A stretch of DNA of 64,000 nt, taken from NCBI RefSeq assembly GCF_009914755.1, contig NC_060936.1; one strand, given 5' to 3'. Below the pieces are notes generated by a model. It was not told where the DNA came from. It did no database searches and saw only the letters and a program-made list of their open reading frames with translations. The stretch is from the human T2T-CHM13v2.0 reference genome, Homo sapiens. Of this stretch, positions 1 to 16,552 are shown piece after piece; position 1 is the stretch's first letter; each line of letters begins with the position of its first letter. The translations under genes and the position numbers were made by a program.

Positions 1-1625
<1,625 letters not shown>

Positions 1626-2014
1626 TCAACTTTATATTTTGGTAGGAAAGGGTGCTAGAAACAGGAACTACAGGTAAGATACAGCTCTACTTTATCAACC
1701 GTCCAGTAAGGCTGACTTCTAATTGTGGGCAAAAGAGAAACTTCTAATTCAGTATTGACAAACTAAGCCATCAGATAAATCTGGAAATACGAATATACTG
1801 CATTGAGAACTTTTGTAAGTTACTGTACAAAATGTTTCCAGTTTCATTTGCATAAAATCTAACTCTTATGCCAACTATAAACACCTAAGAACAGAGAAGG
1901 AATTGGAATAGTTTTCTATTGTCTCAGTGTCTAGCACAAGACAAGCACTCAAAACGTGTTAAGTCAAATAAATGAATAAACACTTAAAAGACTTATTTTT
2001 TAAAGTGGCCCACT

Positions 2015-2303
2015 GACCCAGCATAACAGCTCACACCTGTAACTCCAACGTTTTGAGAGGCTGAGGCAGGAGGATAACTTGAGGCCAGAATTCAAAACCA
2101 GCCTGGGCAACATAAGACCTCATCTCCACCAAAAATAAATAAATGAATTAGCCAGGCATGGTGGTGTGCACCTGTAGTCCTAGCTCCTGAGGAGGCTGAG
2201 GTGAGAGGATCGCTTGAGCCCAAGGGTTCGAGGTTGCAGTGAACTGTGATCAAGCCACTGCACTCCACCATGGACAACAGAGCAAGACCCCTGTCTCAAA
2301 AAA
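2015..2303 (+). mobile_element. Alu (AluJ-like)
   Basis: Diverged dimeric Alu with A tail; direct repeat aaagtggc on both sides. Confidence 0.9.
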
Positions 2304-3436
2304 AGTGGCTTACGAACAAGATCAGAAGGCAACCCCTCAGCACATTTTTTCAAAATTGTAACTTTGGCCCTAAGATAGCCATAACACATCTCCATTTCTC
2401 AAAACATCTCGTAAGAACATTTTCCTGATGAAACAAAATCACTTTTACTAAATAAAGCCAAGCAACCACAATTTTTAAAAGTCATCTCAAAGATGCTGCT
2501 TCTTTTCAAAACTTCTCTAAAGTATTATAAAGTACATTTGGAGTACTACTCAAAAAAAAAATGTTGTTTCAAGTGCAAAATCATAATGCTTGAAAGGAAA
2601 ACATGAAATAAAATTAAAATGTTTCTCTATCACATAGTGACACATATATATTCTCCTTTGACCAGTATGTTTAGATAACATTTTTTGTTTTACCAAAATA
2701 TGACATTTCACCAGTAGGAAACACCCAGTCTTGGTATCTGGGTATTTAACATGACAGAGTAAATTCAAGATAGTGACTACAATTTTAAAAGAATTTTGAA
2801 AAAAAGTTTTAAAAACCCTTGATACCATACTTCTAAGTTCACAAAAGCAAAAATGCACATAATTTGAACATCTATAGGTATAAAATAATATAAACAGTAA
2901 AAATACTCTGTCCTTTATGAAAATGACACTAGAAACACACCATCTTCTACATACAACATTATGTCTGGCACATTAAATAGGACCAAAATATAGTTTTACT
3001 GATTGTGGATTGGCTTATTTTTCAGCTGTAAATTTCAGCTAAGGGAGTTTGAGCTGACTTATCCCTATTCATGCCCAGTATCCCATGTAGTTACTAGCTT
3101 ATTTATAAGAAGCTGGTGGGAGAAATAAATGTAGACTACAGCCATAGAACATGTTCTCTATTCCACCGAGTCCCAACTGTGCATCAGAACAAATACAACC
3201 AACATTTATCTAAGAATGGTGCAAGGAGCCTGAAGTGACACTGAAGAAAACACAGTCCTTGCCCTCAAGGAGCATATTCACTAGCAAGAGACTGATATGA
3301 AAACACATGAATAAAATAAAGCCAGGCACAAACATACAAATAATAACAAAATGCCATAGAAAGGCTAACCAGTAGTGATTTCTTCAATTTAGAATATACA
3401 AACAAATGCTTTAAGAAGAAAAGAACAAATGAAAAT

Positions 3437-5030
3437 TTGAGAAACGTCCATTCAGGTATTTTGCCCAGCTTTTAAATCTGGTTGGTTTCTGCTACTGACT
3501 TGAGTTCCTTAGATATTCCAGATATTAATCCCCTGTCAGATATATAGTTTGCAAATATTTTCTCCTATTCTGTGGGTTACCCTTTCACTCTGTTGGTCAG
3601 TTCCTTTGCTGTGCAGAAGCTTTTTACTTTGATATAACCCCATTTTCTATTTTTGTTTTTATTACCTGGACCTTTGAAGTTTTATTTTTAAAATCCTTGC
3701 CCAGATCAATGAATGTGAAGAAGGATTTCTCCTATGGTTTCTTCTAGTAGTTTCATGCTTTTTTTTGGCGGGGGGCGGGGGGGGAGGTGATCTTGTATTT
3801 AAAGTTTTTAAATTGAGAAATAGGGGTCTAGTGTCATTCCTCTGCATGTAGAAATCCAATTTTCCCAGCATCATTTTTTGAAGACACTATTCTTTCCTCT
3901 ACTATGTGCTCTTGGCACCTTCTTTTAAATCAAGTGTCTGTTGATAAGAGAATTTATTTCTGGGTTCTCTATTCTGTTCCATTGATTTACGTGTCTGTTT
4001 TTATGCCAGTGTCATGCTATTTTGGTCACTACAGCTTTACAGTATACTTTGAAGTCAGGTAGTGTGATGTATCCCCCCACCACTGCTTTGTTCTGAAAAT
4101 AAAACATGCAAATGGCCAACAGGTATATAGAAAAAATGTTCAACATGAGTAATCATCAGGGAAAGGAAATCAAAATCGCAGTAAGATATCCCTTCACTCC
4201 AATTAAAATGGACATCATCAAAAAGATAACAGATAACAAGTGTTGGCAAGGATGCAAAGAAAAGAGGACCTTTATACACTGTTGGTGGGAATGTAAATTA
4301 AGACAGCAATTATGAAAAACAGTATAAAGATTCCTCAAAATGTTAGAAATACAACTACCATATGATCCTGTAATCCCACCACTGGTGATATACCCAAAGG
4401 AAATGAACTCAGTATGTCGAAGAGTTATCTGCACTCCCTTGCTTATTCATTATTATTCACAATAGTTAAGATATGGAATCAACCTAAGTGTCCATCAAGG
4501 GATGAATGAATGAAGAAAATGTGGTATATAATACACAATGGAATACTATTAAGTTATAGAATGAAATCCTGTCATTTGAGACAACATGGATGAACCTGGA
4601 GGACATTATGTTAAGTGAAACAGATCAGACACATAAAGACAAATACCACATGATCTCACTCACATGTGGAATCTAAAAAACCTGATATCATATAAGTAGA
4701 GAACAGAATTGCCATTATCAGAGGCAGGGGAGGGGAAGGGAAGAGATGGAGGAGGTTAGCCAACAGTTACAGTTAGAAACAATAAGTTCTAGTATTCTAT
4801 TGCACAGTAGGGTAACTAGTTAACAATAATGCATTGTATATCTCAAAACAGGTAAAACAGACAATGTTCTTACCACAGAAAAATGATAAATGTTTGAGGT
4901 TATGGATTTGTTAATTACCCTGATTTGATCATTACACGCTGTATACAGGTATCCAAGCATCACTTTGTAGCTCATAAATATGTACAATTATTATGTGTCA
5001 ATTTAAAATAAAATAGAATTCAAAAAAAGA
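3437..5030 (+). mobile_element. 5'-inverted L1 (L1MA-like): ~3437-4090 antisense ORF2 piece plus ~4091-5030 sense 3' end
   Basis: Antisense L1 ORF2 text (gatattaatcccctgtcagat, caattttcccagca), then sense L1 (caaatggccaacagg, acaacatggatgaacctggaggacattatgttaagtgaaa) ending in an A-rich tail. Confidence 0.88.
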
Positions 5031-5517
5031 AAGAAAATAGGGTTTAATAGTAAAAAAAAAAAGTAAGAGAAAACATGAGGCAAGGAACAGATGTGGTTAA
5101 GAGAAGGATATAGTTTGGAATGGTGGGATGTGACTGGAAAGGAGTCAAAAAAAGGATGTCGGGGGCCATCCCTTGAGACATCGGAAGACTCGTATATGCA
5201 AAATAACAGGCAGTTAATTTAAGGATTGGTTTTAGAAAGTCTAAGGAATTGTTATAAAAATTTCAAAATAGTATTCATTTGAATTTGCTATGTCCCAAAA
5301 CACAGACAGTTGAGAAGCATAAATAAAAAAGATTAAAATCGAATCAAGGATCTTTTATATTGATAACTTAAAAAACAAAATGTCCTTTTAAAAGAGGCAC
5401 TGAAAACAAGAAAAATAGAAGTTATAGTGGAAATATAACAGAAGCCACCAGTAACTATATATTTTTGGCAAGTTATTTCATCACTCTGATCAGTTTCCAT
5501 AGATGTAAAAGCACCTG

Positions 5518-5660
5518 TTAGTGCAGACTGCTGGGCCCCTGAGGCTCTGATTCAGGAGGTTTAGGGTGGGCCCCATAAATCTGCATTTTTAACAAGTTCC
5601 CATGTGATGCTGCTGCTGCTGCTGCTCCTGGCTCAAAGACCACACTTTGAGAATCACTGG
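5518..5660. mobile_element. MER5A (hAT-Charlie) with internal (GCT)n
   Basis: atctgcatttttaacaagttccc...gaccacactttgagaatcactg signature. Confidence 0.75.
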
Positions 5661-5749
5661 ATTTGATAATGCCTAAATCCCAACTATTAAATTCTATTTT
5701 TTCTAAGATCATGTAAAACAAGGACAGGAATGACAGCACTGACACTAGA

Positions 5750-6148
5750 AAGTTGAATCCCCCTGTGACCTAGCAACAGCACTTCTAAGAATTTATCCCA
5801 TATATAAAACTATGGTATAGAGTACAGATTATAGCACTGCTTGTAATAAAGTCTGAAAAACACTAAAATGTCCATCAGTAGTGGACCTGTTAACTAAACT
5901 ATGGTATGTAAGCCACAAAGTAATGCCCTGCAGCCATGTAAAAGGAAATGATCACACTGATACGGAAACACCTCCAACAAGGACTATTATGAGAAAAAAG
6001 GAAAAAGGTACAAAACAATATGAGTAATATACACCCAGCTGTATAAAATGTGAAAGTGGGGAGAAAAATATTTCCACACACAATTTGCTTACAATTTGCA
6101 ATGTGGCATAACATTTTTCTGAACAGATCATTTAAAAAACCTAATAAC
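5750..6148 (+). mobile_element. Old L1M(E) 3' fragment
   Basis: tgacctagcaacagcacttctaagaatttatccc; aaatgtccatcagta; aaactatggtat. Confidence 0.6.
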
Positions 6149-6516
<368 letters not shown>

Positions 6517-8954
6517 TCACAATATTCTTTTATACTTGTTGAAATGTGGGATCATGTGTCACACAGAAAGCAATGTGAAGGCAAGATCTGAGGAAGCCCT
6601 TGCCTCCTATCCTTATGCAGCGCTGCTTGTTGGCCCAACCAGAGGAGTGCTCTAGAGAAATCCGCGGTGCTTCCATTTGTCATATTTGGTGCTTAAGTCA
6701 AAGCCTGCTGAGACCCTGATTTTGTAATCCAACATACAAGTTACTTGCTTAGCAAGCCATCAATATCTTTATCCAAAGCAATGCTAAAAATGGTGAAATA
6801 AAAACCGCACTGAGAACAGAATCCTGTGCCATCTCATCAGATAACTCCAAGTTACAAATTCAACAATGAGTTGTCACTCACTCATTCTACTCTAAAGAGA
6901 ATAATCAAAAAGATTATGTCAAATGTCTTGATAAAATATGGACACACAACAACTATCATATTTCTCTGATCTAGAAATGTGCCTGCAAGTAAAATTCCGG
7001 TGTTTTCATACAAAGTCCACCCTCCTTCATTTCACAGATGAACCAATAGGGCTAAAAAGACTTTAGTGTGCCCAATAACACTTCTAAATGCACGACTGGA
7101 ATTGGCCTTAAAATTCAATGTTCTTTCTACTAGCTGGCTCGTACATAAGTGGGAATGTTCATTTATATTAACTGTATCAACTTAAATTTTAATTTGTTAA
7201 AATGAGATCAGATTTGAGAATGAACATTGAAGATAAGGGGTTCTATGAATACAATTATAGATATGTTAGGGTATACAGTGTTACATGAGAAGTGGGAGGT
7301 AAATCTTTATTACAAGCTCTATACCATGTTCTTGCTTCTTGTCACTTATTACTCTTTTTTACCTGAACCTTTACTCACCCCATTTATTTCATATACTTTC
7401 ATTAAAAATTTTAAGACTTTGGAGATTATTAAGGTCAACCTCTTTCTGATTCGGGGGGAAGGCAAGATTGAGCCCAAAGTTACACAGCAAGTTCAGAGCA
7501 CAGTTGGAATAAAAACCTGGTCCTTCTTCTTAACATAGTGTTTAGTACATCCAAGATTTTCTACCTTAGATCAATGCTGCCTTCACCCCTATTCAACATC
7601 AACATAAATCAGACACAATGTAACTTAAACTAGTCCCGGCATCAGTTCTACTATCTCCCTAACTGCTATAGGCCAGAAGATACTATCAAATGAATACACA
7701 GAACCAAAAACATGGCAAGGTCAAAGGAAAATTGGAGCTTCACCCCTGTTCTCTTAGGGGCACACCACTTGACAAGTATTCCACGCCTTCTCAACTCTGT
7801 TTATTCTCCACTCTTTACTCAGTGAATCAGGTCTGATTCAAGTAATTCTTTGTTTAACCTCTTTCTCACCTTAAAAATCTCTGTAGTTAAACTTAATTCA
7901 CCCTTCCCTAGAGATTACTTTCTCTCTGTGAAGGTACTCCTATACATACTCTCTTCCATCACGAATAATCTTTATGTCTTCCTCAATTTGCTTCAGGTAA
8001 CCCAACGCTGAAGCACCTCCTCTTGACCATGCTACCCTTTTCTTCATCCTCTACCAACTAATATCAAGTAACTAACATATAAATAAAATGATAAAAAATG
8101 GAGACATTAATACTAGTATCATCACTAAATAATCTACATAGAAATGAGATAAAACTTTTCTAAGTATTATAAAAGAAATAAATAAGGAACTAAGAAAATA
8201 ATGGGAGTTGGGGTCTATTCTAAAAAGGGATTGGTCAGAGAAAAGCTTCTCTGAAAAAAAAAAAGGGGGGGGAGGGAAGCATTTAAACTGAGGTTTAAAT
8301 CATAAGAAAAAGGAAAGTGGTAAAAAACCATTAAAAAAATTGAAACTTATAAGTGCAAAGGTATGGAGAGTCTGCCATTTTTTAAAGACATTTTTAAAAG
8401 GCAATGGTGGCTCTATCACTGTGCAAATGAAAAAAACTAGTGTAATTAAACCTACTGAAAAGACAAAGATTACCAGAGTAGCTAAAATAATTAAAGTAAA
8501 CCCATCTACGTATTGCACAAAAGGCATGCAAAGTAAAATTACACCAAAAGTTAAAAAAATGTAGAAAATCATATGCCAGATGAATTCTAACAAGAAAAAA
8601 CCTGGTACAGGAATAACAACAAATAAAACAACGAAATATTTTAAAACTTAAGTTCATCAATAAATATATAAAGAGAAACTCAAGAAGAAAAGTAATCAAT
8701 CATGAACATGTACACAGCCACACTGGTATGCAATACAGCTCAGAAATATACACAGAAAAAATCTGAATAAGAAGAAACTGACAAATCTAAAATTAATAAA
8801 TATTTTAACATGTTTTCTAGTGTATACCATGGCTTTCCACAAAGAAAGAACGTATCCTCTTTCCATGAATACATGGAAGAGCTACAAAAATTGAATACAT
8901 AACAAGACACAAGACATCATTTCAAAGAAATGATGATATACAGTCTACATACTC

Positions 8955-9239
8955 TTTTTGGGTTTTTTGTTTGTTTGTTTGTTTGTTTGTTTTTCAGATG
9001 GAATCTCACTCTGTCACCCAGGCTGCAGTGCAGTGGCATGATCTCTGCTCACTGCAACCTCCACCTCCCAGTTCAGGTGATTCTCATGCCTCAGCCTCCT
9101 AAGTAGCTGGGATTACAGATGTGCGCCGCTACGCCCAGCTAATTTTTGTATTTTTCGTAGAGACGGGGATTCACCATTTTGGCTAGGTGGTCTCAAATTT
9201 CCGACCTCAGGTGATCCACCCACCTTTGCCTCCCAAAGT
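8955..9239 (-). mobile_element. AluS, 5'-truncated
   Basis: Antisense Alu ending at gcctcccaaagt; TSD cagtctacata. Confidence 0.92.
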
Positions 9240-10305
9240 CAGTCTACATATTCTTTAACAACAGTGCAATTTAGTTAGAAATCAACAGTTTTTTTTTTAA
9301 AGGTTAAAATAAAATCCTTTTGTTTGAAAACTTAAACGTGTAGTTCCTAATAAATCATGGGTTACAGAAGAAATCACAATGGAAATCACAAAATATTTAA
9401 AACTGAATGACAACAAAAGTAATACATGTCAAAATCTACCAGAAACAGTACTTACAAGTAATTTATATCCTTATAGGCCTAAAAGTCTTAAATGAAGAAA
9501 GCAAGGAGTAAACACAATAAAACGGAAGGAAGAAAATAATAACAAAAATATGTATTATTAATAAAATAGGAAAAAGCAACAGAAAGGATTAACAAGATAA
9601 AACTTCTTTTTTGAGCAGACTAACAGATGACAAAAATACTAGGTATGACTGATTTAAGGAGAGGGATGAAAGATGTATGTGCAGGAAGGTAAGTGCTCAA
9701 ACAATCCTGGGAACAAACATAGAGGAAATAACTACAAACAAAGAAGGAACACTTTTAACAATAAGAACACTATAAATACAGTAACTTTATGCCGATAAAT
9801 CTGATATATATGAAATAAGTAATTTTCTATAAAAATAAAAGAATTTGAAAACAGTAACTAAAAAAACCCATCCACCCACTTCAATACCATCTTAGGTTTT
9901 ACCAAATTTTCAAGGCTCAACCCATTTCTCTTATTCAAACTGCTTCAACAAATGATGTGATGAATTAACATCAGCAAATCTATGAAACTAATACAATGCA
10001 TTAACAGATGAATGAGAAAAATCAAAGAATCTATCTCAATACCTAGGAAAGAAGCATATGTTAAATTTCAGAAAAAAGTTCAATAATAATTATTTTTAAA
10101 ACTCTTAGGGAACTCTAGGAATCAAAAGGAACTGACCAAAACAGATAAAGCAATTGTCTTGCTTCATGTCAAAACTTTAGAAGAATCCCTTTTAAAAAAT
10201 GGAGCAAAACAAAGATAACTGCTTTTCTACACAACACTGCCCTAGATATCCAAGTCAATGCAATAAGACAAGAAAAGAAAAAAGGTGGTATAAAAATTAG
10301 AAAGG

Positions 10306-10884
<579 letters not shown>

Positions 10885-11854
10885 CTATGTAGACAATACA
10901 TAGACTAAGAGAACTAACAAAAGAGATCAAGCATGTAGATAAGGTTGGTAGATACAAGTTCAACAATAGTTGTACTCCTACAAAAAACTTAGAAAATAAA
11001 ATGGGGAAAAATATATCCCATTAGCAATAGCAATAAAAACTGTAAGGTACCCAGAAAATAAACCAATAAAAGACAGCTTAGGTTTCTATGGAGAAATTTA
11101 TAGATGAGTCTGTTTGAAGAATATAAAAGAATATATGAAGTCTTTTAAAAGATGTATCATATATTCCTGGATATAATAAATACCATAAAGATTATAATTT
11201 CCCAAAATGATCTAAAAATTCCATGTAATTCTAATCAATAGCCCAAGTTTTTGACAAGCTGATTCTAAAATTCATATAGAACACAGAGTCAAGAATAGCC
11301 AACCCAATTTTAAAGAAAAAAACAAGTGAGAGACAACCTGCTAGTATCACTATTTATAATTAAACCATGGTAATTATAACAGGATAATAATGACTCAAGG
11401 ACAAAGAGGCCAATGGAACAGAACAGGAAACTCAGAAATCAACCCTCCAATGGCCCAGTAATCCCCAACACCCAGCCCCAGTTACCCTTCTAACCAAATT
11501 GCCTATTGCTCTCTCCCCTTTCTTCTCTGCATTCCAGCCTAATAAGCTATTATTCAAACAATCACAATTTGAAATTACTGTTCCCTGTGCCTAGAATTTT
11601 CTTCCTTTCAGATACCGACATGGCTCCTCTCTTTACTTCTTACAAGTTTTCCTTAAATGCCAGCACCTCATCAAGACTGTTCTTCCTGACAAAATTTAAA
11701 GTTACAACCGCCATGGGTCTCTTCCCTATTTTTTTTCCAATAGCACTCATCACACTGATACACTAACCACAGTGCTCAGAGGTTCTGTGCACCTAAAAAC
11801 AATTTGCAAACTATAAGTCTCTCTCTACATTATGTTCTTTCTATAGATACTGGA

Positions 11855-12035
11855 AACAAAGGGAGATGAGGCTGAGAGTGACAGGAAGGAGGAGAGGAGA
11901 CAAGGAGAAAGGAAAAGAAGACGGATGGGAGAGGAAATGATGGTAGAGCAGAGAGGGAGAAGAATATAGGAAAGGGTGGCGGGGAGAAGGAAGTGAAGAA
12001 GAGGAAGAGAGGGAGAAGATGATGGGGTAGAAAAA
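11855..12035 (+). repeat. GA-rich low-complexity tract
   Basis: Almost pure purine run. Confidence 0.7.
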
Positions 12036-12750
12036 AGGTTTCTGGGATCTACTTAGGACTGTGGTGTATGAGTTCGATTGGGTTTTGTTTTTTTAAAAAA
12101 AACACATTCAAGAATATAATTATAGCACTGGAAAGCGTTCATCTTAAGGACTTTATAGAGGGGTTTGTTCCACAGCTTTACACTTGCCACCTTTTTTATT
12201 TTTAAAAATCAATGTGTAAATTTTGAGGAATAAAACTAAGTAAAACAAATGCTAGAATATTTCTGACTAATAAACACCTGGGCTTATACCTGAAATTCGT
12301 TCACAAGAACATCATTTTAAGTGCCCTACACAAACACTACTGATAAAGACAGGAAACCACTATAAAAATTATTAAACTATTTTCAAAATAAAAACTATAA
12401 AAACTTCTTAATTCAAGTGCATTACATGACTTAGGGAAGTTTATTCAAGTTAAAAACCCTTTTCACTGGGTGCCTTATTTTCATATTTCACAAGTGTTAC
12501 AAGTATGTCTCCAAATATTTCTCCAGATGTTTCTAACTCTTTATTCCAAGCTTCAAAGATCTATTTCTTCCAGAATTAAAGTAAAAAAAAGACCATCAAA
12601 ATATATTGTTTCAAAGTACCTCTGGGTAAATATGGTCATGTCAGTTTGTGAGTAGTACAAGATCCTCACTCCTACACGTCACCTTGGAGCTTCCCTAGAT
12701 ATCAGGATTTTAAATAACATATTTTTGGTTCTCTAAAGTATGAATCATGA

Positions 12751-12778
12751 GTGTGTGTGTGTGTGTGTGTATGTGTGT
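12751..12778 (+). repeat. (TG)n microsatellite
   Basis: gtgtgtgtgt run. Confidence 0.85.
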
Positions 12779-13739
12779 ACATATATTCCTTTTATATACA
12801 TATAACAGGAAACTGTGTTAGAGAAAGCCCATCTACTGCTTAAGTACTGAATAGCTAAACACAACATAAACCTATTCCCTCCTGGCAATTACTGTAAAAA
12901 GGAAACATTCAATATTAGCACTCGTATACAATCACTCCATGAGCTACTTCTCCAGCCTCACTCAAACAGTCAAACTACTTCAAGACTGAACGCTCTCTGT
13001 GAGTGCCACTCTGGTTCATATCTCTATGGTTCTGCTTGCGTTGATGTTTTGCTTAGAATAAACTTCTCCTATTGTTCATCTAACCCCTATTTATATTTTC
13101 CATGAAATTACCTTTAAAGCCCCAGAATAGACTAAAATGCTCCTACACATCTCTGTGTATACCTCAATCACAGCACTTCGATTTTTATAAGTTTATGTTT
13201 AGCCCATCTTACTAAATTTTGTGAGGACAGGAATCATATTTTACCTATCATTTTGGACCCCAGTACTTAGTATGGTGCTTGCCATAGGTAGATGCTACAT
13301 TAGAGTTTCTGATACATTATAACATTCCCCTAAAATTTTCTGGCATTTTACTAGAAGACTCAGAAATAAATAAAGCCTAGAATTCTGAGTCATGAGGTGC
13401 GGAAGAACACAAATGTAAAGCTCTGATAGTCCAGCGAGGCATACACCAGGAGATACACATCATTAGCCTTGAGAACAATCTCTCTACGCATTCTTCTGAA
13501 GGGAGCCTGCATGAGGCATATTCCTGATAGCTATGGAGAATAATACAGTGTTGACTCTCTTTGTAGCCTAAGGTAGCCTATATTCTCTGGGCTAGAAAGG
13601 TGACTAGCATAGCAGTCCGACATCCGTTCCACTTTCTCCATAGTCTTCTCATATTACCTCTTCCCACGGAGATCTCTTTCTTCTCTGCTACCAACAGTAC
13701 TCACCTCTCACTGGGCACCCATACTAACAGAGAAACTCA

Positions 13740-14051
<312 letters not shown>

Positions 14052-14587
14052 TCACTGAACAAACATTCACTAAGCGCACCTATCTTTGTGCCAGACACTG
14101 TGCTAGATTTAGGGATGTATACATAAATAAGAGCAGATAGCGCTTGGGTATTTTACAGTTTCCTGAGCAAACTACATAAAAACCTTCAAAAGGAACAAAA
14201 ATATACAAGCGTGAAACTATGGTACTCACTGGCATGCACAGCAAGAGCCCAAAGACTTTAAAAGAGGCAGAAATATAAAGGGGGAAAAATTCTGGTAGGA
14301 CACGTCAGCCAAAATTTTGTGCTTTAATACCAAATCACTAAAAACAACAATAATAAATCCCTCAATATATAATTATAATGCTGTATCTTATACTGTTTGT
14401 AAACTATGCAATCTTTACAATTTCTATAAAGAATGGTTGCAACTCATGGAGCAAGGCAAGAGGTAGCAGGATACATTTTCCTATCATTTATAAGGTATCA
14501 TATAACTCACTTAAGCTATATAATATATTTTGTAATGGCTAAAATTCTATATTCTCAAGGTCCAGTAAGTAACACTAAAACTATATT

Positions 14588-15024
<437 letters not shown>

Positions 15025-16196
15025 TAATATTTCATTTATTTTGATGGTCTCCCTCACCATAATGTGAGCTCCATGAGGGTAGAAACCATGTCTGTCCCCT
15101 GCCTTCTGTAACCCCAGCAACTAGCATACTGCATGGCACACAAAACCTAATATTCACCAGATAGATGAATGCAGTTTCAGTCATAACCAAAGATTAAATT
15201 ACTTTTCTTTAGAAAGTTTCATCATGAGAAGAACAAGAACAACTGATATACACAGTGAAGATTTTTAAAGCTGAAAGAAGTTTAATCATCAATAGGAGAA
15301 AATAATATGTGTCTAGCTATTTAAAAAATATCTTTTAAGACTTTTTACTTAAGAAACACAAGGGGTTGGTGTGGGTTACAACTGGGGTAGTTGGGAAAGG
15401 ACTTGTATAAATGCAAAAGAAGAAACTAGTGCTCCAGATCATTTTATTCTCTTACAATATTCTAAATCCTCTAAAAAGATATTTTTACTTCTCACGTTGA
15501 GTTTTAGAATGCAACTATTACATGTGCTTTCAAAACGTATTATGAATATTAATAAACTCCTTTTCATGGTGTAAAAGTGTTTTGATAACAGATTCTCAAT
15601 GCAAAATGCATTCGGATAATTGTATCTAAATGCTTTCTGTGGTATGAACTTATCTATTAAAATTTTCAAAGTTGCCATTAATCAAGCCTCTTGCCAGAAG
15701 CAATTTGCCTCAATATATAGATCCTTATTTGGGAATATTTTGCTAATATTACTTTACCACTTACTCTCCTTAAAAATGTAGTTTACTTTGGCACCACTCA
15801 CAAAGACTATGTTGAGGTCCTTTGCTTGCAGGTATACTGAGTTTTCTTTTATCGGACAGGCCTTAACTTTTACCTCCTTTTCAAAAGACAGTGGCATTAT
15901 AGTATCCACATAATGAGACTTGATTAAATTATTTTGTGAGGCTCTGAGGTACTCTTACTATTTCATATATCTTCTCTTTCAACTATAAGTTAAACCTGAT
16001 TACAAGGCAATGAAAACGTCCAGGAAAGTTAATTGCACATAATTTTCTAAAATGAGGCATAGTACTTGTATATTACTACTAAATCACCATTACAGTTCTA
16101 TGAATAATCACCCTCCTGAGAAAAAGTTACCAAGTACATTATTACAATACAAAAGCGCCTCATGGAACATTTTACCTACACCTATACCTACATAAA

Positions 16197-16552
16197 CACA
16201 TACTGAGCATCCCTAATCCAAAAATCAGAAATGTTCCAAAATCCAAAATTTTTGAGTGCCTACATGACACCACAAGGAGAAAACTCCACACATGACCTCA
16301 TGTGACAGGTTACAGTCAAAATGCAGTCAAAACTTTGTTTTATGCACAAAAATATTTTTAAAATATTGTATAAAATAACCTTCAGGCTGTATGTACAAGG
16401 TATATATGAAACAAATGAATTGCACATTTAGACTTGGGTTCCATCCCCAAGATAACTCATTTTGTATATTCAGATATTCTGAAATCCGATGAAATCTGAA
16501 ATCCAAAACGTTCTGATCCCAAGCATTTCAGATATGGGATACTCAATCTGTA
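16197..16552 (+). mobile_element. Tigger4b/MER46B (TcMar-Tigger MITE)
   Basis: tgagcatccctaatcc...aactttgttttatgcacaaaa...cccaagcatttcagatatgggatactcaatctgta. Confidence 0.8.

Noticed and set aside
4055-4434. ORFs resembling the L1 ORF2 C-terminus
   Set aside because: Degenerate L1 relic with stops; not an intact gene.
5608-5627. (GCT)n poly-alanine ORF / triplet expansion
   Set aside because: Only about 6 units inside MER5A; non-coding.
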